The notes under the pieces were generated by a model. It did not search any database. It saw only the letters and a list, made by a program, of their open reading frames with translations, and was not told the DNA's origin. Below, in pieces: positions 35,417 to 43,514 of a stretch of 64,000 nucleotides of DNA (position 1 is its first letter; each line of letters starts with the position of its first letter). Position numbers and translations under genes: made by a program. Origin of the DNA: a virus. The DNA lies in the IMG/VR virus record IMGVR_UViG_3300032261_000561; one strand, 5' to 3'.

Positions 35417-38326
35417 TCATGACGACGTGCTCGCTCCCGCCGGTGCCCCCGACGACGTCGTGAAAGCCCCGGCCACCCAGCCGGTGGAAGTGCTGATCAA
35501 CGGGCGCGCACGGGTGAGCGACCTGGACACTGTGGACTCCTGGGTCGGCGCGATGTAGGCGATGGCCAGATCGGGGGTGAACACCTCCTTGGTGATCGCG
35601 GATTGCCCGAGCGGCAGCCGGAAGTGGAACTGGTCGGCCTGCCCGCCCATGCTCTGCACCTGGGTGATCTTGGCCGCGATGTAGGTCTGCTCGGACGGCC
35701 AGGGGAACACGTAGGGGGTGCCGTCGGGATTGACCGCCGGGGCATTCGCCGGAGTCTTGCCGAACTTGCCGCCCGGGTAATTGTCTGGGCTGTCGATGAT
35801 GTCGTAGGTCTGCCAGGGCCCGTAGTTGGACACCGAGGTGAAAGCCTCGAAGTTCTGCGCTGGCCGGTAGGTCCGCATGGGATCGGGCGCGGGTACCACG
35901 TAGGGGACGGAACGGCTGGCGAACGTGTTGAGGTAGTCGCGCGCGATCTGGTAGCCACTGCGGGGATCCCCGGCGATCTGGGTGACCGTGTCGTAGGTGG
36001 CGTGCGGGTCCTCGGTGGACGCGTAAGACACCGTGGCCAAGATGTCGGCCTCCACCTGGGCCACGTTCACCGGCGCGGTGGGGAACTGCCGCGTGATGAC
36101 GCCCGGGTCACCCGCATAGGCGGCGATCGTCGCGTCGAAAATGGTTGCCGCCCACAGGTCGTCAGTGGTGTTCCCATGGGTGCACAGCAGGTCGTCGGGG
36201 TTAGCGAACTCCCACCACAGGGACTCGGTACCGCTGAGCCGGTTGGCCGAGATGCCGTGGCCGCCGGGATCGGTGCCCTCGGGGAAGATGACGCCCGCCT
36301 CACGCCGGGGGGAGCCGAAAGACACCGCGCCCAGCAGATCCACCCGGCGGTGTTGCATGGCGCCGGTGCGCAGCTGGTCATAGACCGTGGAGGTGACGAT
36401 GGCCCCGATCCCCCGCCCGATCAGCAGGAAGGGCCCGATGTTGCGGTTGATCATGATGATCAGAGCGGAAACGGCCGCGTCAATGCCCTCTTGTAGCGGC
36501 AGCTCGTTCAGCATGGGCCACGGCACGTAGACGTAGCGGATGCGCGAGTCCAGCTTGCCGTCGAACCACGAGGTGGGGGGATTGGCCAAGTAGTCGGTGA
36601 CCTCGTAGCAGGTGACCTGGGTGGTGACCGCAGGCGGGGCCAGCGCCGCCAGGCTGGGGATGGACAGGCTGTTGATGTAGTCGGCGCCGATCTGGATGCA
36701 GTTGCGCGCGTCACCGGGGACCGGGTGGTAGTTGGGGTTCTGGTAGAGCCCGTGCGCACTGTTGGTGACCACGCCGTAGAACAGATCCAGGAAGTTCTGC
36801 AGGAGGATCTCGGCGTTGGTGATGGCGCCGGTGAGCAGCGCGGCCAGCGGGGACAGGATGCCGTTGTAGCTGTTGTAGATCAGCTGGTACACGGCTTCGT
36901 TGTTGGAGCCGGGGACGGTGTCGTGATTAGTGCAGATGAGATCGCCGGGTGCGGCGAACTCCCACCACAGCGGCTCACAGTCCTGCAGCAGCTCCCAGCC
37001 CTGCACGCCGTGCCCGCCCGGGTCTGGGCACATCGGGAAGGTGACGCCGGGCTGGCGCCGTGGGTTGCCGAAGGCCAGGCCAGCCAGCAGGTCTGGGCGC
37101 CGGGCCTGCAGTGAGCCGGTGCGGATCTGGTCATAGACGTCGCTGATGATGGTGGCGCCCTGGTCGTAGCCCACCAGGATGAAGGGGCCCGGGATCGAGT
37201 TGATCGCACCGATCAGGTTGGCCACTCCTTGGGCCACGCTCTGGTTCATCGGGTAGAGGTCAGCCTGGTAGGGCACCGGGACCCACTGGAAGAAGTCGGC
37301 GTTCAGGTTTTGGGAAAACCAGTCGTCGGTGGGCACGCCCAAAGCCACGTTGCTGACCAGGTTGAAGGCTCCCGACAGCTCGAAGACGGTGACTTTCACC
37401 GGCCCGAAAGGGTTGATGGTGCCGTAGGTCACCGAGTCGATCGGGCTGCGGCTACCCCCGCCCACCAGGTAGTAGTATGCATACTCCTGGCTGATGTTGA
37501 ACTGCGCGTACGGCGCCAGTGTGGGATCGCCGGAATACATCCACGTCTCGGTGGGCAGCAGGTCGATGGGCAGCAGATCCGGCGGCGGCAGCTGACTCAT
37601 AATCGGGGTCGGCGTGACGATTTTCTGGACCTCGAAGTAAGTCGAGTCGGCGGCGGCCGCCACCGCGAACACCGGGGTGAGCACCGGAATCCCGTGGACG
37701 TTGACGGTGATGACGATGTCGATGCTCATGAACCGGGAGAGCATGTCGCGCACCAGCCGCATCTCCTCGGGCCCCATGGAATCCTTGTGCGGCTTGATCA
37801 CCAGCTCGTTGCGTGCGCTGGACGGGGAGCGCCCCATGTCTAGGGTGATGCCGAAATTATCGATGTACCTCCATATTTCAAACGTGTCGCAGTCCACCGA
37901 CGACGCGGCCTGCACACACATGCGCACACCCTCGACGGTCGAACCCAGTCCGCAGGCCTTGAAGAAGTCGCGGATGCGCGCCCGGTACCACGCATCCTTG
38001 ACCCTGACTTCGTTCCACTGCGGGGCCGTCAGGGTGTCCCGCGAGGGGTTGTAGGGGTAGGACTCCTCGGGTGCGCGGACCAGGATGGCGGTGTTGCCAA
38101 AGACATAGTCGAGGTCGGTGCCAAAGATCGTCTCCATGGCACCGGCCAGCCGGGCGACGAACACCTCGTTGACCAGTCCGCCCGCCCCGCAGGTGCCGCA
38201 GATGGCGTCGATCAGCTTGTACAGGTTGGTATCCGGCGTGCCGACATAAGCGGTGTCGTCGCAGTGCATCAAGAGCATCTCGGTGCTCTTGGGAGGCATC
38301 CACGGCCAGGGGTTGTTGGTTGGGAT
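35417..38326 (-). CDS. Baseplate wedge-like protein containing two LysB/cutinase-like alpha/beta-hydrolase domains
   Basis: Follows baseplate J; GYDQGA...FGNPRR...GDLIC...AHGLY and GRGIGA...FGSPRR...DDLLC...PHATY; probable ATC start at 38326 (first ATG at 38299). Confidence 0.78.
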   Translation of the reverse strand: MPTNNPWPWMPPKSTEMLLMHCDDTAYVGTPDTNLYKLIDAICGTCGAGGLVNEVFVARLAGAMETIFGTDLDYVFGNTAILVRAPEESYPYNPSRDTLTAPQWNEVRVKDAWYRARIRDFFKACGLGSTVEGVRMCVQAASSVDCDTFEIWRYIDNFGITLDMGRSPSSARNELVIKPHKDSMGPEEMRLVRDMLSRFMSIDIVITVNVHGIPVLTPVFAVAAAADSTYFEVQKIVTPTPIMSQLPPPDLLPIDLLPTETWMYSGDPTLAPYAQFNISQEYAYYYLVGGGSRSPIDSVTYGTINPFGPVKVTVFELSGAFNLVSNVALGVPTDDWFSQNLNADFFQWVPVPYQADLYPMNQSVAQGVANLIGAINSIPGPFILVGYDQGATIISDVYDQIRTGSLQARRPDLLAGLAFGNPRRQPGVTFPMCPDPGGHGVQGWELLQDCEPLWWEFAAPGDLICTNHDTVPGSNNEAVYQLIYNSYNGILSPLAALLTGAITNAEILLQNFLDLFYGVVTNSAHGLYQNPNYHPVPGDARNCIQIGADYINSLSIPSLAALAPPAVTTQVTCYEVTDYLANPPTSWFDGKLDSRIRYVYVPWPMLNELPLQEGIDAAVSALIIMINRNIGPFLLIGRGIGAIVTSTVYDQLRTGAMQHRRVDLLGAVSFGSPRREAGVIFPEGTDPGGHGISANRLSGTESLWWEFANPDDLLCTHGNTTDDLWAATIFDATIAAYAGDPGVITRQFPTAPVNVAQVEADILATVSYASTEDPHATYDTVTQIAGDPRSGYQIARDYLNTFASRSVPYVVPAPDPMRTYRPAQNFEAFTSVSNYGPWQTYDIIDSPDNYPGGKFGKTPANAPAVNPDGTPYVFPWPSEQTYIAAKITQVQSMGGQADQFHFRLPLGQSAITKEVFTPDLAIAYIAPTQESTVSRSLTRARPLISTSTGWVAGAFTTSSGAPAGASTSS

Positions 38327-38335
38327 GGTGTCCTC

Positions 38336-40867
38336 CTACGGGCTCGCTACCCGTGTGATGATGGCGCCCAGGTAGTAGGCCACCTGATTATCGTTGAGCT
38401 TGAAGTCGTCGTCGTACACCGCGATCGGGTCAGGGTCCTCGGAGTTGGCGAACACCCGCACGCCGTGAACATCAGGATTGTCGGTAGTGGTGGTGATTTT
38501 GACGTCGTCCACGCCCAGGATTTGAGTGACCACGGTGCACAGCATGGTGAATTTGATCTGGGCCCCGAACGGACAGGCGGCGACGAAGCTCTGCAGCCGG
38601 GTGGCCAGTGCCGCATTGACCACGGCGGGGGAGTAACTGCGGTTGTATTCGATGGACAGGCAGGGCTGCAGGTAGACGTAGTCGGCTTGATGCACCAGCA
38701 CATCGGTGCACAGCTGTTTGGAGGAGGTCATCACCGAGTCGAGGACCTCGGGCACCTGGTTGTACACGTATTCTAAGGTCAGCTCGGTGCCGGTGGTCGG
38801 GCCGGTGGAATCCCACTCGATCCCCGAGGCCTCTAGGCGCGAGCCCTGCAGCTCTGTGCGGTCGGCCAGCACGTAGTAGTGGGTGCCCATGATGTAAATC
38901 TCGGGACCCACCGTCAAGGTGGGTGGGAAGGTCACCAGCGGCACATTGCCCAGTCGGGTGTAACGGTTGGTGGCCGTCGGATTGCCCGGCGAACCCATCC
39001 GAATGAAGTTGCCGGTGTAGAGCGGGTCGTCGACCAGACTGGAAAGCGTGACGCCGCTGATGATGGTCTGCTCGGTGACACTGTAGGGCGCGATGCCATC
39101 GCAGAAGATGTCGACTTTGTTGGTGATCCCGTTCACCGGGTCGTTGCGGCTGCAGGTGGGGGTGTATTGGAATTCCAGGTCGACGATGTCGTCCTGATTG
39201 ATCACGCCGGTAGCCACCCGGGTGAACACCGGCGAGACGCCGGTGGACAGCATGTAGTCGTCGCCCTCGGTGTAGAACGTCTCGTCTTCCTGGCCCAGGT
39301 TGATGAAACAGCTGGTCATACCGGTGTTGTGGCTCAACAGCCCTTCTGCCACCAAGGTGTTGGTCGAAGTAGACAACGCCACCACATCCTGGACGCCAGC
39401 TTCTTCGACCGATATCACCTTGGCGAAGTTGCTGTTCTTGCCGACGATGCAGCTTCCGTACAGATCGCTCATGAACTTAGGGGCGAGTCGAGCGCTCTTG
39501 AAGATGCCGAAGAAGCGCAACCGCTCATCCATACCACCATGAAGCAAGATCTCCTGGCAGCAAGGGTCGGGTGATAGACCTGTGCTGCGGGTTCGGGCTA
39601 CGGAGTGCTTGAACTTATTCCTGGCCAGCAGGTCCACGATCTTGTCGAAAACCGGGCCGGGGTTCTGCAAGATCGTGACATTGTGCTTGTTGTAACTGGC
39701 CTCGCCGTCAGTAATCCCGGCCATCCAGCCAGCCTCGAAGGATAGATCCTCATCCCAGGAAGGAACGTATCTGATCTGGTCACCAGGCAAGAGATCCTTG
39801 GTTTTGACCCACTGAACATTCTGGGTGTTTCGGATGACACCGCGTCTCTTGCCCGTATGTCCGACACGTCGCCCAGAAACCAGCCACATGTGATCAGCGG
39901 TGGAGGTGACCGTGGTGCCGTTATCCATCGTCACCATAAGGGTGCGAGCAGGACAGATATAAGACTGCGTAACCCGAGACTGACGCCACTTTCTCTTATT
40001 GCCGCGCCCCTCGACAGACTCGTCGAACCCGACGATCAGATCTCCAACCCGAAGAGAGCCCACGGGCACCCAGTCCAGGCCGTCGGTAAGGACTCGTGTC
40101 TCTGGGATGAGGCACCATACGTACTTGACGTCCTGGTCGACCGGCAGCGCTACCGTCGTCGAGGGCGCGGCGATCTGCGTGGTGTAGAGCACGGTGGGAC
40201 CGAAGACAATCACCCGGGTGACCGAGGTGTTTTGCTGGCATAGCGCGATGTACCAGTCGGCGGTCCCGGCCACATTGCGCAGGAAGGTGTCTTTGAAGCG
40301 CTGCCTTAACGCATCGTCGGTCTCGGGGTCGGTGCCGTCGGTCATGGCCTGCAGGTTGGTGACCGCCGAAGATCCGATCGCGGTGGACAGATTGGTGACC
40401 GCGCCCGGCGGCACGTTGCCCGAGACACCGACCGTGGTGCAGGTGACCGGGACGTCCACCGAGTAGTCACCGGCCGGGAGCACCACCGACTGGTTGGCCG
40501 CGTAGTACAGCTGCACACTGGCCCCGGCCAGACCGGCGGTGGTGTAGAAGGTGGTGCCCTGCTGGATGGTGTAGTCGGTGGTGGAGGCCACCGTCAGGGT
40601 GACCCGCACGGTGCCCTGCGCATAGGTGCCCTGCAGCCTGCCATAACCGAACAGCCCGACGAACTGTTCCAGCTCCATCCCGGCCTTGGTGTCGACGTCC
40701 AGCAGCGAGCCCAGCAGATAGGTGTCGATGGAGGCGGCCGCGATCTGCTCGGCGCAGGCGTCGATGATCTTGCGCTCCGGCGTACCAATGGCACACGACA
40801 GCGTCGGCATGGTCAGCGCCAGCTGGGCCAGAATCTGCTGGCTGATCTGGTCAGGTGTACCGGGCAT
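38336..40867 (-). CDS. Baseplate J-like protein, intein-containing
   Basis: AQGTVRVT, VTCTTVGVSGNVPPGAVT, TDGTDPETDDALRQRF...AGT: baseplate J signature. Confidence 0.9.
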   Translation of the reverse strand: MPGTPDQISQQILAQLALTMPTLSCAIGTPERKIIDACAEQIAAASIDTYLLGSLLDVDTKAGMELEQFVGLFGYGRLQGTYAQGTVRVTLTVASTTDYTIQQGTTFYTTAGLAGASVQLYYAANQSVVLPAGDYSVDVPVTCTTVGVSGNVPPGAVTNLSTAIGSSAVTNLQAMTDGTDPETDDALRQRFKDTFLRNVAGTADWYIALCQQNTSVTRVIVFGPTVLYTTQIAAPSTTVALPVDQDVKYVWCLIPETRVLTDGLDWVPVGSLRVGDLIVGFDESVEGRGNKRKWRQSRVTQSYICPARTLMVTMDNGTTVTSTADHMWLVSGRRVGHTGKRRGVIRNTQNVQWVKTKDLLPGDQIRYVPSWDEDLSFEAGWMAGITDGEASYNKHNVTILQNPGPVFDKIVDLLARNKFKHSVARTRSTGLSPDPCCQEILLHGGMDERLRFFGIFKSARLAPKFMSDLYGSCIVGKNSNFAKVISVEEAGVQDVVALSTSTNTLVAEGLLSHNTGMTSCFINLGQEDETFYTEGDDYMLSTGVSPVFTRVATGVINQDDIVDLEFQYTPTCSRNDPVNGITNKVDIFCDGIAPYSVTEQTIISGVTLSSLVDDPLYTGNFIRMGSPGNPTATNRYTRLGNVPLVTFPPTLTVGPEIYIMGTHYYVLADRTELQGSRLEASGIEWDSTGPTTGTELTLEYVYNQVPEVLDSVMTSSKQLCTDVLVHQADYVYLQPCLSIEYNRSYSPAVVNAALATRLQSFVAACPFGAQIKFTMLCTVVTQILGVDDVKITTTTDNPDVHGVRVFANSEDPDPIAVYDDDFKLNDNQVAYYLGAIITRVASP
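39326..40114 (-). mobile_element. Intein (263 aa) with a LAGLIDADG-type endonuclease remnant
   Basis: Block A CLIPETRVLT, block B TSTADHMWLV, GWMAGITDGEAS, block F/G VVALSTSTNTLVAEGLLSHN followed by Thr; lower GC than flanks. Confidence 0.93.
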
Positions 40868-40879
40868 GGACGGCGCCCC

Positions 40880-41296
40880 TTAGACGCTTGACGTTGTGCT
40901 GGTGGTTGCCGTGGCCCCGCTGCCGGTAGTGACCGACACCGCCACGCTGACGGTGTCATACGTGATGCCTACATCAACGGCGGTTAGTGCGTTGAGCAGC
41001 TCCTCGAAGCTGAAAATCTGTGGGTTGTTCTGTAAGGCCAGATTCTGAATGGCCTGATAATTGCCCAGCACCCGGTCGACTTCGCCCTGGACCCGCGACT
41101 GCGTGGTCAAATCGATCACCCCGCCGATGAAATTCGGCAGCACCGAACCGTAGCGGGGATGAAATCGGTCGACTCCCAGCCGCTCGGTCAACCACAGCGA
41201 CATGTCCTGTTCGAGTTTCTCGATGCCCGAGACGATGGCCAGGCTGGATCCCCGTTGCACCAGGTCCCCATTTTGAAGTGCGAGGCTGAAGGTCAA
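40880..41296 (-). CDS. Baseplate wedge / gp25-like protein
   Basis: GDL...VSG.EKL.Q...L..R.G...FHPRYGS.L; immediately upstream of baseplate J. Confidence 0.75.
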   Translation of the reverse strand: MTFSLALQNGDLVQRGSSLAIVSGIEKLEQDMSLWLTERLGVDRFHPRYGSVLPNFIGGVIDLTTQSRVQGEVDRVLGNYQAIQNLALQNNPQIFSFEELLNALTAVDVGITYDTVSVAVSVTTGSGATATTSTTSSV

Positions 41297-41359
41297 GGCG
41301 AAGCCTCCTCTCTCCCTTTAGGTGCGGAAATGCCCCCGACGACAGGGCCGGGCAGAGGG

Positions 41360-41446
41360 TTACGCGACTCCCGTCACGTCTGCGACCAGTCCGTTGCCCG
41401 CGATGTTGGTGGGGTTGACCGGATTGAGTCCGAGTTGGGCTTCCAT
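41360..41446 (-). pseudogene. 28-aa remnant paralogue of the upstream gene (MEAQLGLNPVN...GVA)
   Basis: Same first 11 aa and same last 3 aa as 41446..42264. Confidence 0.6.
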
Positions 41447-42264
41447 CAAGCCACCCCGCTCCAACTGCGCAGGCGCAGAATGAGGTTGTATCCCGCGAGG
41501 TTGCAGTAGTAGACGCCGATCTGAGTGGGAGTTAAATACGCCGTGCGAGCTTCTTGGTGATAGGTGTGCCAATCAATCCCGTTGATCGACCACTCGAAGT
41601 AGTGAGTGGTAGTGCCGTCGTATCGGTACCGCCACCACTGAGGCATAGCCCCAATCCAGTACAACGGTGGGAACCAGGTTTCCATCGCCGCGCTGTAAGT
41701 GCTCGTATTCGCCCATTGATCGCCTGTAACGGACTGCGACAGGGCATACCAGGGCGCGGCGAACGAAGTGGCGTTATATAGGCCTGGCCCAAATGTTTCC
41801 AGCTTCGTTCCGTCCGAGATCACCAATCCGCAGCGCCACCAGTTACCCGCTGAAGGAAGAACAGTGGTATTAGCAAGATCGACATAGAAATTGGTCACTA
41901 GGGAGAACGCGCCCACTGGGTATGCGCGGTAAACGTATCCAATGCTCATACTGCGACTAGGCGCAGTGAGCACCATCCCGTCTTTATCCGAAACCCATGT
42001 CGCTGTACCCATATTGACCGATGTCCAGCCGGTCGTCGGAGGGTCGGCCATCGGCGGGCCGCCGACCCCGCCAAGGCGGATCTTGACCCAGCTGGTGCCG
42101 TTGTCCTGGTAGAGCGCATCGCAATCGGTGCAGTAGTAGACCCGGTTGGGAATCCCCGCCGCCGGTCGTGAGGCGTAGGTTCCCGAAAGGCTCAATCCTT
42201 CGGCCCAACCGACGGTGGCCTGATCGGTCAGGTTGACCGGGTTGAGTCCGAGCTGCGCTTCCAT
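41446..42264 (-). CDS. Minor tail / receptor-binding-like protein with a lectin-like beta-sandwich
   Basis: GTYASRPAAG...YYCTD...YQDNGTSW N-module; aromatic-rich, low-GC C-terminal domain (FEWSINGIDW). Confidence 0.65.
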   Translation of the reverse strand: MEAQLGLNPVNLTDQATVGWAEGLSLSGTYASRPAAGIPNRVYYCTDCDALYQDNGTSWVKIRLGGVGGPPMADPPTTGWTSVNMGTATWVSDKDGMVLTAPSRSMSIGYVYRAYPVGAFSLVTNFYVDLANTTVLPSAGNWWRCGLVISDGTKLETFGPGLYNATSFAAPWYALSQSVTGDQWANTSTYSAAMETWFPPLYWIGAMPQWWRYRYDGTTTHYFEWSINGIDWHTYHQEARTAYLTPTQIGVYYCNLAGYNLILRLRSWSGVA

Positions 42265-42271
42265 GCTGGTC

Positions 42272-43507
42272 CTACGTCTTGATCAGGTAGTTGAGGACGA
42301 TGGTCGGCTGGACAACATTGTGCGTTCCACCGCCGCCCGCGTAGATCGCCTGGTACTGGCCGTTGAAGTTAGAGCCACCAGCGAGACCCGACGCTGATAT
42401 AAACCCATTCAAAAAGGAACTGTGGTGGTGCGACGGCATCTCTCCGTATGACAAGGTGTGAACTTGTTCGCCGCCAGCAGCGCCGAGGGTGGCACCTGCT
42501 GCGCCAAAAGGTGAACCGCCCACCCATAGCTGAAATTCTGTCGCCGCCACATAGTTGGTACCGGGAGGGGTGACTTGGAGGTAGCGCCAGGTTTGGGCAA
42601 CCGGCAACCGGACCAGACCGTTGGTGGAGCCGGTTTGGCCGTAGCCCGGAAGGGTCATCACGGTCGTCCAGGCGGTGCCGTTGTTGCTGCCTTGTAGCAA
42701 AAAGCTGTCGAGGTATTGCGGTCCGAAACCGCCAGGGATATTGGTCAGGTAATCCCAGCCCAGGACAACGGAGTCGATGTATTGCGACGAGCCGAGGTCG
42801 GCGCGGATGTAGCTACCCGCCGCCGAAGTGGTGGCAGCTTGCTTGACGGTCGCACCGGAGGCGCTACCATCGTTCATTCCGGCATAGTTGGCCGCTGTCG
42901 TCCCTGGATACACCGATGATTGCGAGTAGACCGCGTTGGTGGCTTGTATTCCCTGAGTCAGTCGGGACGCGGCGGTGCCGCCCATGTTGTCTTTGCCCGC
43001 CACTGCGCGCCCCCGCATGTCAGGGACGTTGAAGGTGGTGTTGCCGTCGCCGTAACCGTGCGGCGAGTAAACCAGAGAATGGGTGCCGCTCTGGCTGCCC
43101 GAAGTGGCGATTGTGACACCGGACACCGCGTTGGCGAAACTGGTCGCGATGCTGAACGTGTTGGCGTCGATGTAGATGACGTAATACGTTGTGCCAGCTG
43201 TGATTCCGGTAGGCAATGCCCCTGTGGTGCTGAAGATAACCGGATCGCCTGTAACCAAACCATGACCGGTGAGAGTGACCACAGCCGGGGTAGCAATCGT
43301 GATGATGGGGTTACCCAGCGTCGGGTTGAGCGTGGTGAACAGGTTGGCGTAGGTGATCCGCGAGACCGCCTGCCCGTAGCACAGCAGCCAGCCAGCGGGC
43401 ACCACCAATGATGATCCGGCGAACGGCATCACGGCTCCGGTGAAGATCCCCACCGTCATGGCGTCGGCGGGCCGAGAAGGAGCGGTGCCTAGTTGTGGTT
43501 GTGCCAT
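42272..43507 (-). CDS. Tail-collar-domain fibre protein with inserted modules
   Basis: GAVMPFAG...PAGWLLCYGQAVSRITYANLF, GDGNTTFNVPDMRGR, GGEQVHTL..EMPSHHH, HNVVQPTIVLNYLIK. Confidence 0.88.
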   Translation of the reverse strand: MAQPQLGTAPSRPADAMTVGIFTGAVMPFAGSSLVVPAGWLLCYGQAVSRITYANLFTTLNPTLGNPIITIATPAVVTLTGHGLVTGDPVIFSTTGALPTGITAGTTYYVIYIDANTFSIATSFANAVSGVTIATSGSQSGTHSLVYSPHGYGDGNTTFNVPDMRGRAVAGKDNMGGTAASRLTQGIQATNAVYSQSSVYPGTTAANYAGMNDGSASGATVKQAATTSAAGSYIRADLGSSQYIDSVVLGWDYLTNIPGGFGPQYLDSFLLQGSNNGTAWTTVMTLPGYGQTGSTNGLVRLPVAQTWRYLQVTPPGTNYVAATEFQLWVGGSPFGAAGATLGAAGGEQVHTLSYGEMPSHHHSSFLNGFISASGLAGGSNFNGQYQAIYAGGGGTHNVVQPTIVLNYLIKT

Positions 43508-43514
43508 CAGACTC

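Noticed and set aside
35417-38299. Calling this gene lysin B of a lysis cassette
   Set aside because: No lysin A or holin adjacent; the domains are embedded in a baseplate-position protein and lack the Ser nucleophile
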